From assembly GCA_013343275.1 (NCBI GenBank), contig CP046106.1, forward strand, positions 608,001 through 672,000: 64,000 bases of DNA, in the 5' to 3' direction. This document shows, one piece after another, positions 31,244 through 41,514 of the stretch (positions within the stretch are counted from its first letter, which is position 1; the number at the start of each line of letters is the position of its first letter). Under the pieces are notes generated by a model. The model was not told the origin of the DNA. It made no database searches and was given only the letters and a program-made list of their open reading frames with translations. Origin of the DNA: Candidatus Nanohaloarchaea archaeon (lineage in GTDB: Archaea; Nanohalarchaeota; Nanosalinia; Nanosalinales; Nanosalinaceae). The translations under genes were made by a program, and so were the position numbers.

Positions 31244-32403
31244 TACTTGAACCTCATCTGGAAACCTTTTTCCTTGCTTTTCTCCACGTCTGGCTGACTG
31301 TAAGGATCAACGCCGCGCAGCTCTGCCGAGTAGACAGCAAGATACTGCAGGAACGCCATTAACCTGCCGACATTCCTGTAATCTACACTTTCAGCTGAAA
31401 GAACAGTGAAAGGCCTTTCTTCATCCTGGAGAGCATGCTTCACTCCGGTGTACTCGGATTCAAGTGCTGACCCGAACGTCTCTCCATCCAGCTCTCCAAG
31501 ATCGCGGCCTCTGAGATCTATATCCTGTAAATTCTCAGGTACTTCGAGTTTGCTGTGCCTGTGCGCGTTGCTCTTGACGAAAAGAGGCACAATATCTCTT
31601 TCCCCGCCGAAAAGCCTCTGATTGGTGTGATGCTGGTACTCCGGGCCTAGATCTCCAAATACGGACTGTCCCTCTCCCTCTTTGCACACTGTCTCGTGCA
31701 TTAGCTGTACAGTCAAGGGGTAGAACCCGAAGAGTCTTGTGGTATAGAAAGGTGTAAGTATCTGGTCGTATCCTTCTTTTTCTGCGCTGTAAAGCGATTG
31801 TGCCAGTTTCCATGCAGGGTTAGGTCCCTGGTTGAACTTATCGTATATTTCTTCCCCTCCTGCTCTTACTTCATCTACATCTATGCCGCATACTGCTGCA
31901 GGCATCAGGGCGGTTTCTGTAAGGCCCGAAAACCGTCCTCCTACATCCTTGTGCTCTATCCATTCATAGTCGTTTCTATCAACTACTTCTCGGAGAGTTC
32001 CATCGTTATCGGATGTTACTGCGAACACAGGATAGTCTCTTTCTATGAAATACAGCAGCGATTCAAGCACACTTGTTGTTCTGCCGGATTTGCTTATCGG
32101 CATGACCAGTGTGTTTTCGCTGTCAGTACTGGAGGCCACACGATGCAGGTAGTCTGGCTCCTGAGTTGTCACCATATGGACATCGATCTCAACCTCATCG
32201 ATGAAAGCATAGTATAGAGCTCGGAAAGAGGTTATTGAGCCACCGTTACCTATTACAACCAGGCTTTCGCAGTCCTGTCTTTCGGCCTTCTCAAGAATCT
32301 CATCTATATCAGGCTCTACCTCAGAGAACCCAGGTTTATCTACGTCGGAAAATTCTGTATCTACCTCTCTGTCTATATTCTGTATCTCAAGTCCCAGGCT
32401 CAT
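31243..32403 (-). CDS. pgi: glucose-6-phosphate isomerase (SIS fold)
   Basis: IGNGGS, ISKSGRT, VGGRFS, QLMHE and QPDVEKSK motifs. Confidence 0.88.
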   Translation of the reverse strand: MSLGLEIQNIDREVDTEFSDVDKPGFSEVEPDIDEILEKAERQDCESLVVIGNGGSITSFRALYYAFIDEVEIDVHMVTTQEPDYLHRVASSTDSENTLVMPISKSGRTTSVLESLLYFIERDYPVFAVTSDNDGTLREVVDRNDYEWIEHKDVGGRFSGLTETALMPAAVCGIDVDEVRAGGEEIYDKFNQGPNPAWKLAQSLYSAEKEGYDQILTPFYTTRLFGFYPLTVQLMHETVCKEGEGQSVFGDLGPEYQHHTNQRLFGGERDIVPLFVKSNAHRHSKLEVPENLQDIDLRGRDLGELDGETFGSALESEYTGVKHALQDEERPFTVLSAESVDYRNVGRLMAFLQYLAVYSAELRGVDPYSQPDVEKSKEKGFQMRFK

Positions 32404-34142
32404 TGATGGTTTCTCACCGCTTCTTTATGGGCCTCTAGATAGTTCTCTCCGAGTTTCTCCCAAGAAGTCATCTGCGCAAGCTTCCTGGCATTATGCTTCC
32501 TCTCCGTTATCTCTGTCTTCGAGTACTCGGTTAGTTCCTGTATCATATCTGCAAGGTTCTGTGCGGCCTCTTCGTCAGAGAAGTTCTGCCTTCTGAGAAC
32601 CTTTATTCCTTTGCGCTCCCCTTCTTCAGTATTATCCATCAGGAAGTGGCCGAAACCAGCCATATCAGTTGTTATAGACATTGCACCGTTGGCCGCTGTT
32701 TCCACAGGCGTGTAACCCCATGGCTCGTAGTAACTTGGGAATATACCTGCTGATGATGCCACCATGGCATCCTTGTAGCTCATTGATAGCAGGCGGTCTC
32801 CCACAGAGAGATAGGTCGGATAGAAGACCACCTTGACTCTGTCGTCTTCACTATTCGTTATTCCTCTCTCCCTCAGTCTTTCAAGTATGTTGTCGTTATC
32901 ATAGTTTAGATCAAACGCGCAGAGCGGCGCTTCCTCCGATTTCTTGGCGTGGAAGTTTCTCTGCAGCGATTCAAGTGTCGAGCTCTCGACTATATCCTCC
33001 AGACCATCAGGATTTTCTCCTGCAGTTACTGAATCAAGTACACGGTTCCTGACCTGTGGAATAATTGAGTCAATGTAGTCCTCAAGTTCCTCATACAAAG
33101 CCATATTGTCGAGGACCTCTCTTTTCGGTCCTGAAGTGTCGCTCGGTACAAAGAAGAACACGAAGAAGTCATCCCCCTCCTGCTCGTTCACCTCTGCCAG
33201 AGCATCTATGAACAGATCCAGGCCTTTGTTGTGGAACTCGTACCTGCCCGATACAAACATTATCCTTGGATCATCCTCCAGCTCAACACCGTAGTAAGGT
33301 TCGAAATAAGCCCTCAGGAACTGTTTCATTTCCTTTTTCTTCTCCTTATGCTGGTAAGACAGCTCTTCAAGGCTAGGAAAGTCTTCAACGTTGAAACCAT
33401 TCGGCAGAATCCTATCAGGTTCTGTGTCAAGCACTGCTGCGGCCTCTTCTCCAGTATTTTTACTTACAGTTGTGAATACATCTGCCTCAGTTGCTGCAGC
33501 CTTCTCAACCTGATGCTTTGGTTTAACACCGTACTCTTCGGCCTTTGAATCATCTACATGACCGCTATCTACCGCCGCCTCCAGATCGTAGTCCGAATCA
33601 GAGAGTGCTCTCCCCAGAACAGTCGCGTGAGTTGTGAAAACAGTTGGGCTGTCCAGCCCAAACATCGCAGGACCGGAAAGCCATTCATGGCAGTGGAAAA
33701 CAGTTTCACCCTGCCACATTTCCTCTATCTTCTCTAGAACACGGCCGACTGCGTAGCTCCATTTCACCGGTTCATCAAAGTCGTCTCCCGCATTCATTGA
33801 GTCGATTCCGTGCTCTTCCCAGAGATACTCTTTGATCTCGTCTACAGATTTCTCCAGGCCTGAAGGATCTACAAGTATTGTGCGTGGAGAGCTTGAGATA
33901 TTCCATACTCCTAGATGGCATTCTATCCCTTCATCTTCAAGCTCCTCCAGGAATCCGAAGTCGGAGAACTCTCTTGATATGAAGTCGTCACGTGCCTTTT
34001 CTTCGTCGTAATATCCTATTGTGAGGTAGCTGTCGCCGTAGAAGTCCTGCATTTTTCCGGCCTTTGAACTCAGGACCTGGTATATTCCTCCGACTTTGTT
34101 TGCTACTTCAAAAGATACCTCAACTACATTTTCCGGCCGCAT
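32400..34142 (-). CDS. glycogen synthase, GT3 family
   Basis: EVANKVGGIY, FTTHATVLGR, GRYEFHNKG and FPSYYEPWGYTP motifs. Confidence 0.95.
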   Translation of the reverse strand: MRPENVVEVSFEVANKVGGIYQVLSSKAGKMQDFYGDSYLTIGYYDEEKARDDFISREFSDFGFLEELEDEGIECHLGVWNISSSPRTILVDPSGLEKSVDEIKEYLWEEHGIDSMNAGDDFDEPVKWSYAVGRVLEKIEEMWQGETVFHCHEWLSGPAMFGLDSPTVFTTHATVLGRALSDSDYDLEAAVDSGHVDDSKAEEYGVKPKHQVEKAAATEADVFTTVSKNTGEEAAAVLDTEPDRILPNGFNVEDFPSLEELSYQHKEKKKEMKQFLRAYFEPYYGVELEDDPRIMFVSGRYEFHNKGLDLFIDALAEVNEQEGDDFFVFFFVPSDTSGPKREVLDNMALYEELEDYIDSIIPQVRNRVLDSVTAGENPDGLEDIVESSTLESLQRNFHAKKSEEAPLCAFDLNYDNDNILERLRERGITNSEDDRVKVVFYPTYLSVGDRLLSMSYKDAMVASSAGIFPSYYEPWGYTPVETAANGAMSITTDMAGFGHFLMDNTEEGERKGIKVLRRQNFSDEEAAQNLADMIQELTEYSKTEITERKHNARKLAQMTSWEKLGENYLEAHKEAVRNHQ

Positions 34143-34248
34143 AATGAGTTAGTTCTCCTCGCTCAGTATAAAAACCAATGGCCGGATAGATTACTACCTA
34201 CCGGTTAAAATAAAGGTTTTATACCTGAGCGCAGGCCGTTTATTTTCT

Positions 34249-36030
34249 ATGTACAGTTTAAACCAGGATCTCTCGGAGAAGTACGGAGTAATTTCCAACC
34301 TCCACGGTTTTCTCAACAGACATTTCGACACCGGTTTCAAGACGAAATGGAGCGGTTACTGGGCGCCGCCCTACAAGTTCCTCGACTACTACGCGATAAA
34401 GGTTAACGGTATCTGGCTGGACGATTCAACAGTCAGGAACGTGGAGTACGGCGACAAGATGGTTTTCTACCACAAGGCCGGAGGCCTGGAGATAAAGGAG
34501 GAGGTAAGAACCCCCGACTCTGTTCCTGGTTTCGAGATCGAACTTGAGATAACAAACAGCGAGGAAAGCAAAAAAGCTGCTCATATAGTTATAGAACCAG
34601 CTGTAGATATCCGATCCAAGTCAGAAGACGTAGTTGCCGGAGAGTACGATGTCGAAAAAGGACAGGACAAGATAGCAGTTTCGAGAAATGGCAGAAAGAT
34701 AATGATGTGTGGAGAAGGCATGGAGATAGAGGAGAGAGATGACTATAAGACACATCACCCGGGAGGAGAGAAACAGGAGTGCTTCATACCGGCAAACCTA
34801 ATATACCGCAAGGAGATAGAGGCCAATTCCTCTGAAAGCGTAAAGATGGAGGCCTCAACAACCTCAGGTAGCTTTGACAGTCTTGAATCCCAGAAAACAC
34901 ATTTCGAAAACATCCAGCTGGGCCAGGGTTTCTCTGCAGCCGTCAAGAGTATGGAGAACATGGTTTACGACAGGGATGGAAAAGGAGTGATCGCAGGCCA
35001 CCCCTGGTTCCAGAATTACTGGGCCCGAGACACATACTGGACGCTTCTCGGCCTTATCGATGCCGGATACTTCGAGCTGAGTCACGACATACTTGAGAAC
35101 TTTGCAGAAGAGGACGGCTTCCCGGATCAGATACTTCTCGAGGACGAAGAAGTAGATACTCCAACCTCCGATGCCGCCCCTCTCTTCGTTATAGCCGCTG
35201 ACAAGCTGAGAAGACACTGGAAGGTCAGCGATGAAATAGAGGACAAGATAGAGGAGGCCTTCGAAGAACTCGAGACTGAGGACGGAGTAGTACAGCATAA
35301 ACCATGCGGAACATGGATGGATACCATAAGAAGGCCTTCGGCAGTAGATATCCAGGCCCTGTGGCTGAAAGCCGCTGATGCAGAGGATAGAACAGAGTTA
35401 AAGAATAGTCTTGAAACAGGTATGAAAAAATTCCTTGAGGGAGATCGCATCCTGGATCACATGGGCGACAATCCAGGCCTGACAATCAATCCTGCTGTGG
35501 CGCTGATGTTCGGACAGGTTCCGGAAAGCTACATCGAGGATATAAACGCAGAGTTCTCCTCACGTCACGGGGCCAGAACACTGTCCGTAGTTGATCCTGG
35601 TTACGATGCAGAAGGATATCATACAGGCAGCGTCTGGGGTTTAACAACAGGATGGGCTGCAGCAGCAAACTTCAGACAGGACAGAGATGTTCAGGGCATG
35701 AACTTTCTGGAGAAGCTGAACAAGTTTACGATGAGAAACCAGGTAGGAGGCTTCCCAGAAGTAGTAGATGCCGAGAACGGTCACCTGCTCGGATGCGGCG
35801 AACAGGCCTGGAGCGCTGGAATTTACGTGCACACTGTAGACCGATACCTGCTAGGCATAGAGGTAGTCGACCCAGAGACTGTAAGAATTAATCCATCGGA
35901 AAAAGCTGAGGGCCGCAGAACCAGGAAGAGGATCGGCGACGAGTACCTAGATATAGAGTTCAGAGAAGACAGCTTCGAAGTACTGAACTCACCGGATATA
36001 GAGATACTTGAAGGAGGAGAGCAGAAATGA
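34249..36030 (+). CDS. amylo-alpha-1,6-glucosidase (glycogen debranching enzyme)
   Basis: AGHPWF..WARD, TWMD, YHTGSVW and QAWS motifs. Confidence 0.93.
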   Translation: MYSLNQDLSEKYGVISNLHGFLNRHFDTGFKTKWSGYWAPPYKFLDYYAIKVNGIWLDDSTVRNVEYGDKMVFYHKAGGLEIKEEVRTPDSVPGFEIELEITNSEESKKAAHIVIEPAVDIRSKSEDVVAGEYDVEKGQDKIAVSRNGRKIMMCGEGMEIEERDDYKTHHPGGEKQECFIPANLIYRKEIEANSSESVKMEASTTSGSFDSLESQKTHFENIQLGQGFSAAVKSMENMVYDRDGKGVIAGHPWFQNYWARDTYWTLLGLIDAGYFELSHDILENFAEEDGFPDQILLEDEEVDTPTSDAAPLFVIAADKLRRHWKVSDEIEDKIEEAFEELETEDGVVQHKPCGTWMDTIRRPSAVDIQALWLKAADAEDRTELKNSLETGMKKFLEGDRILDHMGDNPGLTINPAVALMFGQVPESYIEDINAEFSSRHGARTLSVVDPGYDAEGYHTGSVWGLTTGWAAAANFRQDRDVQGMNFLEKLNKFTMRNQVGGFPEVVDAENGHLLGCGEQAWSAGIYVHTVDRYLLGIEVVDPETVRINPSEKAEGRRTRKRIGDEYLDIEFREDSFEVLNSPDIEILEGGEQK

Positions 36031-36662
36031 TAATCATCAACACAAAGGCCTACAGAAAAGGCGTTGGAAAGGACTTAGAGCAACTGGTCAAAACCTGTAC
36101 AGAAATGGTCGATCCAGAGAACCTGATATTTTCAGTTCAGCCGGAGGACCTCCTGAGACTGGAGGAAACAGATGTAGAGGTATTTGCCCAGCACCTGGAT
36201 CCAGTAGAGCCCGGAAGCCATACAGGTAGTATCCTTGGAGAAGGCATAGTAGAGGCAGGTGCATCAGGAACTCTTCTCAACCACTCAGAGAACAGACTGG
36301 AAAGTGAACAGATCAAGGCCTCCGTAGAGAAAGCGAAAGAACTAGGCCTGAACACGGTAGTATGCGCTCAGAGCCCTGAGGAATGCAGAGAGTTCAAGGA
36401 GTTCGAGCCAGATTATATCGCGTTTGAACCGCCGGAGCTGATCGGCGGAGATACTTCTGTTGCAGAGGCGGAACCTGAGATCATAGAAGAGGCTGTCGAG
36501 GCCTCCGCTCCCGTACCTGCTTTAACCGGTGCCGGGATTAAAACAGCGGAAGACGTAAGCAAAAGTCTAGAGCATGGATGTGAAGGCGTGCTTGTAGCTT
36601 CAGGAGTTGTAAAAGCTGAAAAACCTGGTGAGGCAGTTGAGGAACTGGTGAAAGGTCTTTGA
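36027..36662 (+). CDS. tpiA: triosephosphate isomerase (archaeal type)
   Basis: NTKAY, AQH, LNHSE, EPPELIG and LVASGVVKA motifs. Confidence 0.96.
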   Translation: MIIINTKAYRKGVGKDLEQLVKTCTEMVDPENLIFSVQPEDLLRLEETDVEVFAQHLDPVEPGSHTGSILGEGIVEAGASGTLLNHSENRLESEQIKASVEKAKELGLNTVVCAQSPEECREFKEFEPDYIAFEPPELIGGDTSVAEAEPEIIEEAVEASAPVPALTGAGIKTAEDVSKSLEHGCEGVLVASGVVKAEKPGEAVEELVKGL

Positions 36663-37912
36663 AAAATGTATGGCGTGAGAGGTACCAGGATATAGATACA
36701 GGTTCTCCTGAAGCAGATGTTCTAACTGGTTTTAACGCTAATATAGATGCAAAATACGATGTCAGCCAGTTATCAGGAGAACTGGAGAGAGTTGATCCTG
36801 AAGAGGTTGAAGAGGCCGATAGCAGGGAGGAGTTTCTCTCACTGTTAAAGTACTGTATAGAGAACGGAGAGAACAAGGAGGTGAACTACCAGAACTTCGA
36901 ACCAGGTATCGAAGCCGATAAAGAGGAAATAGGCGGCCAGGCAGGTATTATGGCGAACTTTCTATGCGGAACCGGCAACAGCACGGTCTTCTACACACCT
37001 TTCCTCTCCGACAGGCTTGCGGAGAACCTGGAGCCTGAACTGAAATACCCTGTTAACTCGGGCGAAGGCCTCGAGTTAGAGAAGATAGAGCAGGCAGCGA
37101 ACACCGACAGGACAAAAGTCAACCATATATTCGAGTTCGACGGCGAGAAAACCGGCAGACTGATTCTATCGGACAAGCTGCGGGGTTTCGGCCCTTACTT
37201 CCGCAAAGGAGTCGAGGACCATATCCAGCAGCTAGACGAAGACCTTGACAGAGTTCTTCTCTCCGGATTCCACAACGCAGATGGCAACATAGAGGCAAAG
37301 TTGAAGAAGGCCTCTCAGCAGCTCGAGAAGTTCAGTACACCAGTCCACATGGAGTACGTGGATCTAAGCAGCAAGCTGAATCTGCTGGAGAAGTATATCT
37401 TCCCTCATGTGCAGAGTATAGGCCTGGATGAGTACGAGATGAAGGCTCTTGAGGAAGCTCTGGATGTACAGCTAGATGGTGAAGAGCCTTCACTTGGCGA
37501 GGCCTTCCAGTTTGCGAAGTTCTTTATAGAGGAGTTCGGGCTTGATCGAGTTCATATCCATACCTATGGATACCATGTAAACGTGACGACAGAGAACTAT
37601 GGAGTTTCACCTGAGAAGATCAGGGAAAGCATGCTCTACGGTGAGACCTGTGCAGTACAGATGGCGGATGAAGGAGAAATACCTGAAGATGTCGATACAC
37701 TGGACTTCGATAACAAGCACGTGAAGAAACTGGATGATCTCGAGAACTTCGAGGAATTTCTGGGCCTCGAGGAGTTCACCAGAGAGGGAATAGGAAAAGT
37801 AGAAGGATACAACGTTGTGGCTATTCCTCCGGTTATCCACGAGGATCCAGAGAGACTGGTCGGAATGGGCGACGTAATATCGGCAGGAAGCTTTGTGAAA
37901 GAGGTTAACTAG
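36659..37912 (+). CDS. ADP-dependent glucokinase/phosphofructokinase
   Basis: GFNANID, GGQAGIMAN, HMEY and VGMGDVIS motifs; TTG start overlapping the tpiA stop. Confidence 0.92.
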   Translation: MKNVWRERYQDIDTGSPEADVLTGFNANIDAKYDVSQLSGELERVDPEEVEEADSREEFLSLLKYCIENGENKEVNYQNFEPGIEADKEEIGGQAGIMANFLCGTGNSTVFYTPFLSDRLAENLEPELKYPVNSGEGLELEKIEQAANTDRTKVNHIFEFDGEKTGRLILSDKLRGFGPYFRKGVEDHIQQLDEDLDRVLLSGFHNADGNIEAKLKKASQQLEKFSTPVHMEYVDLSSKLNLLEKYIFPHVQSIGLDEYEMKALEEALDVQLDGEEPSLGEAFQFAKFFIEEFGLDRVHIHTYGYHVNVTTENYGVSPEKIRESMLYGETCAVQMADEGEIPEDVDTLDFDNKHVKKLDDLENFEEFLGLEEFTREGIGKVEGYNVVAIPPVIHEDPERLVGMGDVISAGSFVKEVN

Positions 37913-39236
37913 CCTCCTCTATAAACTCCCTGACATCGCCTTCAACCCTTTCAAGAATCTCATCCAGATCCTCTTCAGTATCAGCCTCACACCTTACACT
38001 CATCTTCTCCTCAGTGTTGGAAGGCCTGACTAGCGCCCATCCATTCTCGAAGTATACCTTGACCCCATCAACTGTTGCAAGTTCATGGTCAGAGTACTTC
38101 TGCTTGACAGATTCAATTACGGGCTGCTTGGCCTCTTCAGGGCAGTCAATTCTTAACTCTGGAGAGACTGGGTATTCAGGCCAGGAGTAAAGCTCCTCCA
38201 CGACATCGGTCTCAGATACAATCTTCGACATAAGCGCTGCAGTGAACAGGCCGTCGTCCCACGGAAAGTCGAAGGCCGGGAAGTAGTAGTGGCCTGAAAG
38301 CTCTCCAGCAAACACTACTTCAGAGTCCTCGTGTATTTTCTCCGAGATAAATGTATGGCCTACACGGGTCTCCACTGCTTCTCCACCGTGCTCCTGGATT
38401 TTCTCAGGTACAAGTTTGGAGGCTCTGAGATCGTGAACTACAGAACCTTTCTCCTCATTCAAACTCTCCTCTGCAAGAAGCGCAATCACTTTATCCTCCT
38501 CTACATAGCCGTATCCAGGAAGAATAAATCCTGCGCGATCGCCATCGCCATCAAATATTATACCTAGATGTTCATCGCTCATAGCTTCCTCAAGCTGTTC
38601 CTGAGCCTCTTCCTCTCCTGGGGCTGGCAGATGGTTCGGGAAGCTGCCGTCGATTTCTTCATTAACCATTTTGACCTCTGCGCCGAGCTCTTCAAACAGT
38701 GCACGGGCCATGGATCCTGTTACTCCGTTTCCACAGTTGATGGCTAGCTTCAGGTCCAGTTCACCTATCTCGTCCCTGACAGCTTCAGTATATTCTGATA
38801 GTATTTCGACTTCTTCCTCCTCTCCTTCACCTGTCTCAAACTCTCCGGACTCGTAGATGCTCTCTATCTCCTCCATGCCTCCGTCACGGGACATTGCGAG
38901 AGCGTTCTCCAGGCAGAACTTGAAACCGGTGTACTCAGGAGGATTATGCGAGGCCGTTACAACAGCAGATGAGCCATAATCTCCCTCTACCTGGCCATAG
39001 TATACCACAGGCGTTGGAACCATGCCAGCATGGGCCACATCAGTACCTGTGGACTTGACTCCTTCGATAAAGGCCTCGGCTACTTCTTCTCCATGCTCTC
39101 TGCCGTCCCTGCCGACTAGAACTTTTTCCGAATCGATGAATGTTCCGTAGGCCTTGCCTACTTTTTCTGCCTCTTCTTCAGAGATTTCATCAGGATAGGT
39201 TCCTCTGAGATCGTAAGAGTGGAAGAAAGAGGTCAT
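37905..39236 (-). CDS. phosphoglucomutase/phosphomannomutase
   Basis: YDLRG, TASHNP, DGDGDR, GELSGH and RPSNTE motifs. Confidence 0.96.
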   Translation of the reverse strand: MTSFFHSYDLRGTYPDEISEEEAEKVGKAYGTFIDSEKVLVGRDGREHGEEVAEAFIEGVKSTGTDVAHAGMVPTPVVYYGQVEGDYGSSAVVTASHNPPEYTGFKFCLENALAMSRDGGMEEIESIYESGEFETGEGEEEEVEILSEYTEAVRDEIGELDLKLAINCGNGVTGSMARALFEELGAEVKMVNEEIDGSFPNHLPAPGEEEAQEQLEEAMSDEHLGIIFDGDGDRAGFILPGYGYVEEDKVIALLAEESLNEEKGSVVHDLRASKLVPEKIQEHGGEAVETRVGHTFISEKIHEDSEVVFAGELSGHYYFPAFDFPWDDGLFTAALMSKIVSETDVVEELYSWPEYPVSPELRIDCPEEAKQPVIESVKQKYSDHELATVDGVKVYFENGWALVRPSNTEEKMSVRCEADTEEDLDEILERVEGDVREFIEEAS

Positions 39237-39242
39237 CACCGA

Positions 39243-39764
39243 TCACCCCCAGTAGTCTTCAAGTATGTCTGTTCTCTCTTTGTATTCGTCCTGTACGTCA
39301 GGCAGCGATTTCTTCATGACCTTGGTGTCGAGCGAGGTCTCCATAAATCCTCTGTCCTTCTCGAAGATCGGAACCAGTTGAACGTGGAGGTGTGGAATTG
39401 ACTCTCCTGCGGCCTTACCAATATTCATACCGATGTCGATCCCTGCAGGCTCCATAACTTCCTCCTGCAGCTCCTCAACTTTCTGCACCATTGCGAAAAG
39501 TCGGTCGCGTTCCTCATCCTCCAGATCAGCTAGATCATTGACATGACGCTTCGGAACAACCATCAAATGGCCTGTATTGTACGGAAATATATTCAGCTCC
39601 ACCATGAGGAAGTCATCCTCATACACGGCTAGCTTGGAGACTCGGTCATCGCCTTCGACCTGCGCGCAGAAGATACAGTCTATATCCTCTGGCACCTCCT
39701 TGGCCTCGTATTCCGATCTTTTTGGACTCCAGAGATACTGCTCGTACGGCTTCAAATCAGTCAT
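39243..39764 (-). CDS. HIT family protein with HxHxQ motif
   Basis: CIFC, NIFPYNTGHLMVVPKRH and PHLHVQ motifs. Confidence 0.92.
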   Translation of the reverse strand: MTDLKPYEQYLWSPKRSEYEAKEVPEDIDCIFCAQVEGDDRVSKLAVYEDDFLMVELNIFPYNTGHLMVVPKRHVNDLADLEDEERDRLFAMVQKVEELQEEVMEPAGIDIGMNIGKAAGESIPHLHVQLVPIFEKDRGFMETSLDTKVMKKSLPDVQDEYKERTDILEDYWG

Positions 39765-39815
39765 AACGTAGAATTAGTAAGAATGGAATTTAAGATTAGC
39801 GAGTAGCAAGGAAAA

Positions 39816-40577
39816 TCAGAAAGGATTCAGGTCGTGAAGATTCGATTTCAGCCTGACCGTCAGGCCTCTCTCAGGAGGTTCATTCCCTTTCATACGGTGA
39901 GCTACATCTTTTATCGCAAGCGAGGCCTTTGATTGTGGTTTGTGCGCTACCACAGGCTTTCTGAGTGCGATGGATTCTCTGACATGTTTGTGGTCAGGTA
40001 CTTTTCCTATAATATCTGTCTCCATCAGATCCTCTGCGTCCTCAAGACTTACCTCGGATTTCTCGTCTTTAACGCCGTTAACCACAAGACCTAGTACTTC
40101 TCTATCCAGTTCTTCTGCCAGCTTCTTCGCGCCCAGACAGTTAGTTAGTGCCGGAAGTTCGGGTTCAGATACCAGGAGAACTTCATCAGAGGCCTCTATT
40201 GCTGCCTCAACTTCCTCTCCAATACCTGCTGCCGCATCTATGAATACAAAATCTTTATCTCCCAGAAATTCAACCAGAGAGTGCTTAAGCTGCTCTGCGT
40301 TGGAGCTGAACTCCAGAACAGAGGCCGGTATAATAGATACTCCTTCAGGATGTTTGGAAACAGCCTGTGTAATATACGCATCGCCGTTGAGTACATCGTT
40401 AAATGTTACTTCTGAAAACCCGAGTCCGAAATGCTGGGCCAGGTTCGCACCAGAGAAGTTACCGTCAATAATCAGTACGTCCTCTCCCTGCCGGGAAAGC
40501 GCTGTTCCCAGATTAGATGTTACAGTGGTTTTTCCGACACCACCTTTGCCAGATACGACAGAGATAACCCTGGTCAT
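39816..40577 (-). CDS. minD: MinD family ATPase
   Basis: SGKGGVGKTT and DAAAGIG motifs. Confidence 0.9.
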   Translation of the reverse strand: MTRVISVVSGKGGVGKTTVTSNLGTALSRQGEDVLIIDGNFSGANLAQHFGLGFSEVTFNDVLNGDAYITQAVSKHPEGVSIIPASVLEFSSNAEQLKHSLVEFLGDKDFVFIDAAAGIGEEVEAAIEASDEVLLVSEPELPALTNCLGAKKLAEELDREVLGLVVNGVKDEKSEVSLEDAEDLMETDIIGKVPDHKHVRESIALRKPVVAHKPQSKASLAIKDVAHRMKGNEPPERGLTVRLKSNLHDLNPF

Positions 40578-40615
40578 TGAAGAAAAATTGGTTTTATCGA
40601 GTTAAAAAGGTGGGC

Positions 40616-41383
40616 TTACTTGAACCGGTCCATAATCTTCGAGAAAAGACCTGGCTCCGAGAGATCTGCCTCATACTCTACACCTGCAAGATCACCTGCA
40701 ACAGCCTTGAACCGCTCCGATACATGGTGATCCGGCTCATGATGGACCACCGGTTTCTTCATTGAGAGAGCTTCCTCAACCTTCTCGTGATGCGGAATCT
40801 CCATCATCACAGGATGGCCTATCATCGACTCAACCTCTTCAGTATCGAGCTCCGAGTCATGACCTTTCACCATGTTCAAAATAACTCCTCTGACATCAGT
40901 TCCAGCTTCCTCAGCAATATTAACAGTCTTCAAGGCATCTGTAACTGCTGGAAGATTTGGATTTGTTACAACAAGAACTTCATCAGATGCCTCGATAGCA
41001 TTAATCGATTCATTGCCAAGGCCTGCTGCGGAATCAACCAGTACAAAGTCCGGTTCTCCGACAGCATCAAGAAGCACATCCGAAAGATTTGCTGGATCAG
41101 TATCTTCCAGATCCTCTACCGATAGACCTGCTGGAACGACACGGAGGCCGGAATCATGGATATACATGGCCTCTGTGATGTGGGCATCTCCCTTGAGAAC
41201 GTCGTGAAGCGTCTTAGGGTATAGCGGGATGCCTATGTGGAATCCGAGGTTTGGGTTAGTAAGATTTGCATCGAGCACCACTGTATCCGCGCCGAAATTC
41301 GTCAGCGCTGCTCCAAGATTTGAAGTTACTGTGGTCTTTCCGACCCCTCCCTTTCCACTAGTCACACAGATCAATCGGGTCAT
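40616..41383 (-). CDS. minD: MinD family ATPase
   Basis: SGKGGVGKTT, DANLTNPNL, DSAAGLG and AVTDALK motifs. Confidence 0.92.
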   Translation of the reverse strand: MTRLICVTSGKGGVGKTTVTSNLGAALTNFGADTVVLDANLTNPNLGFHIGIPLYPKTLHDVLKGDAHITEAMYIHDSGLRVVPAGLSVEDLEDTDPANLSDVLLDAVGEPDFVLVDSAAGLGNESINAIEASDEVLVVTNPNLPAVTDALKTVNIAEEAGTDVRGVILNMVKGHDSELDTEEVESMIGHPVMMEIPHHEKVEEALSMKKPVVHHEPDHHVSERFKAVAGDLAGVEYEADLSEPGLFSKIMDRFK

Positions 41384-41514
41384 CGTATCAAACTGTTTAC
41401 TCCACGCATTTAAATTATCTATGAGGCCTCCCATTCCCTCACTTTCCTGCAACAGAAACAAACCGCTCAGAGATTTTCTTCAGATTAAAATAACTTGGAT
41501 CCCAAAAACCCGAC

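Noticed and set aside
39816-41383. Tandem minD paralogs as a novelty
   Set aside because: Multiple MinD paralogs are common in archaea; both have intact motifs.
41401-41514. MKGGR-type leader upstream of leuS
   Set aside because: No core motif; the ATG at 41421 gives an unrelated frame, and leuS looks leaderless.
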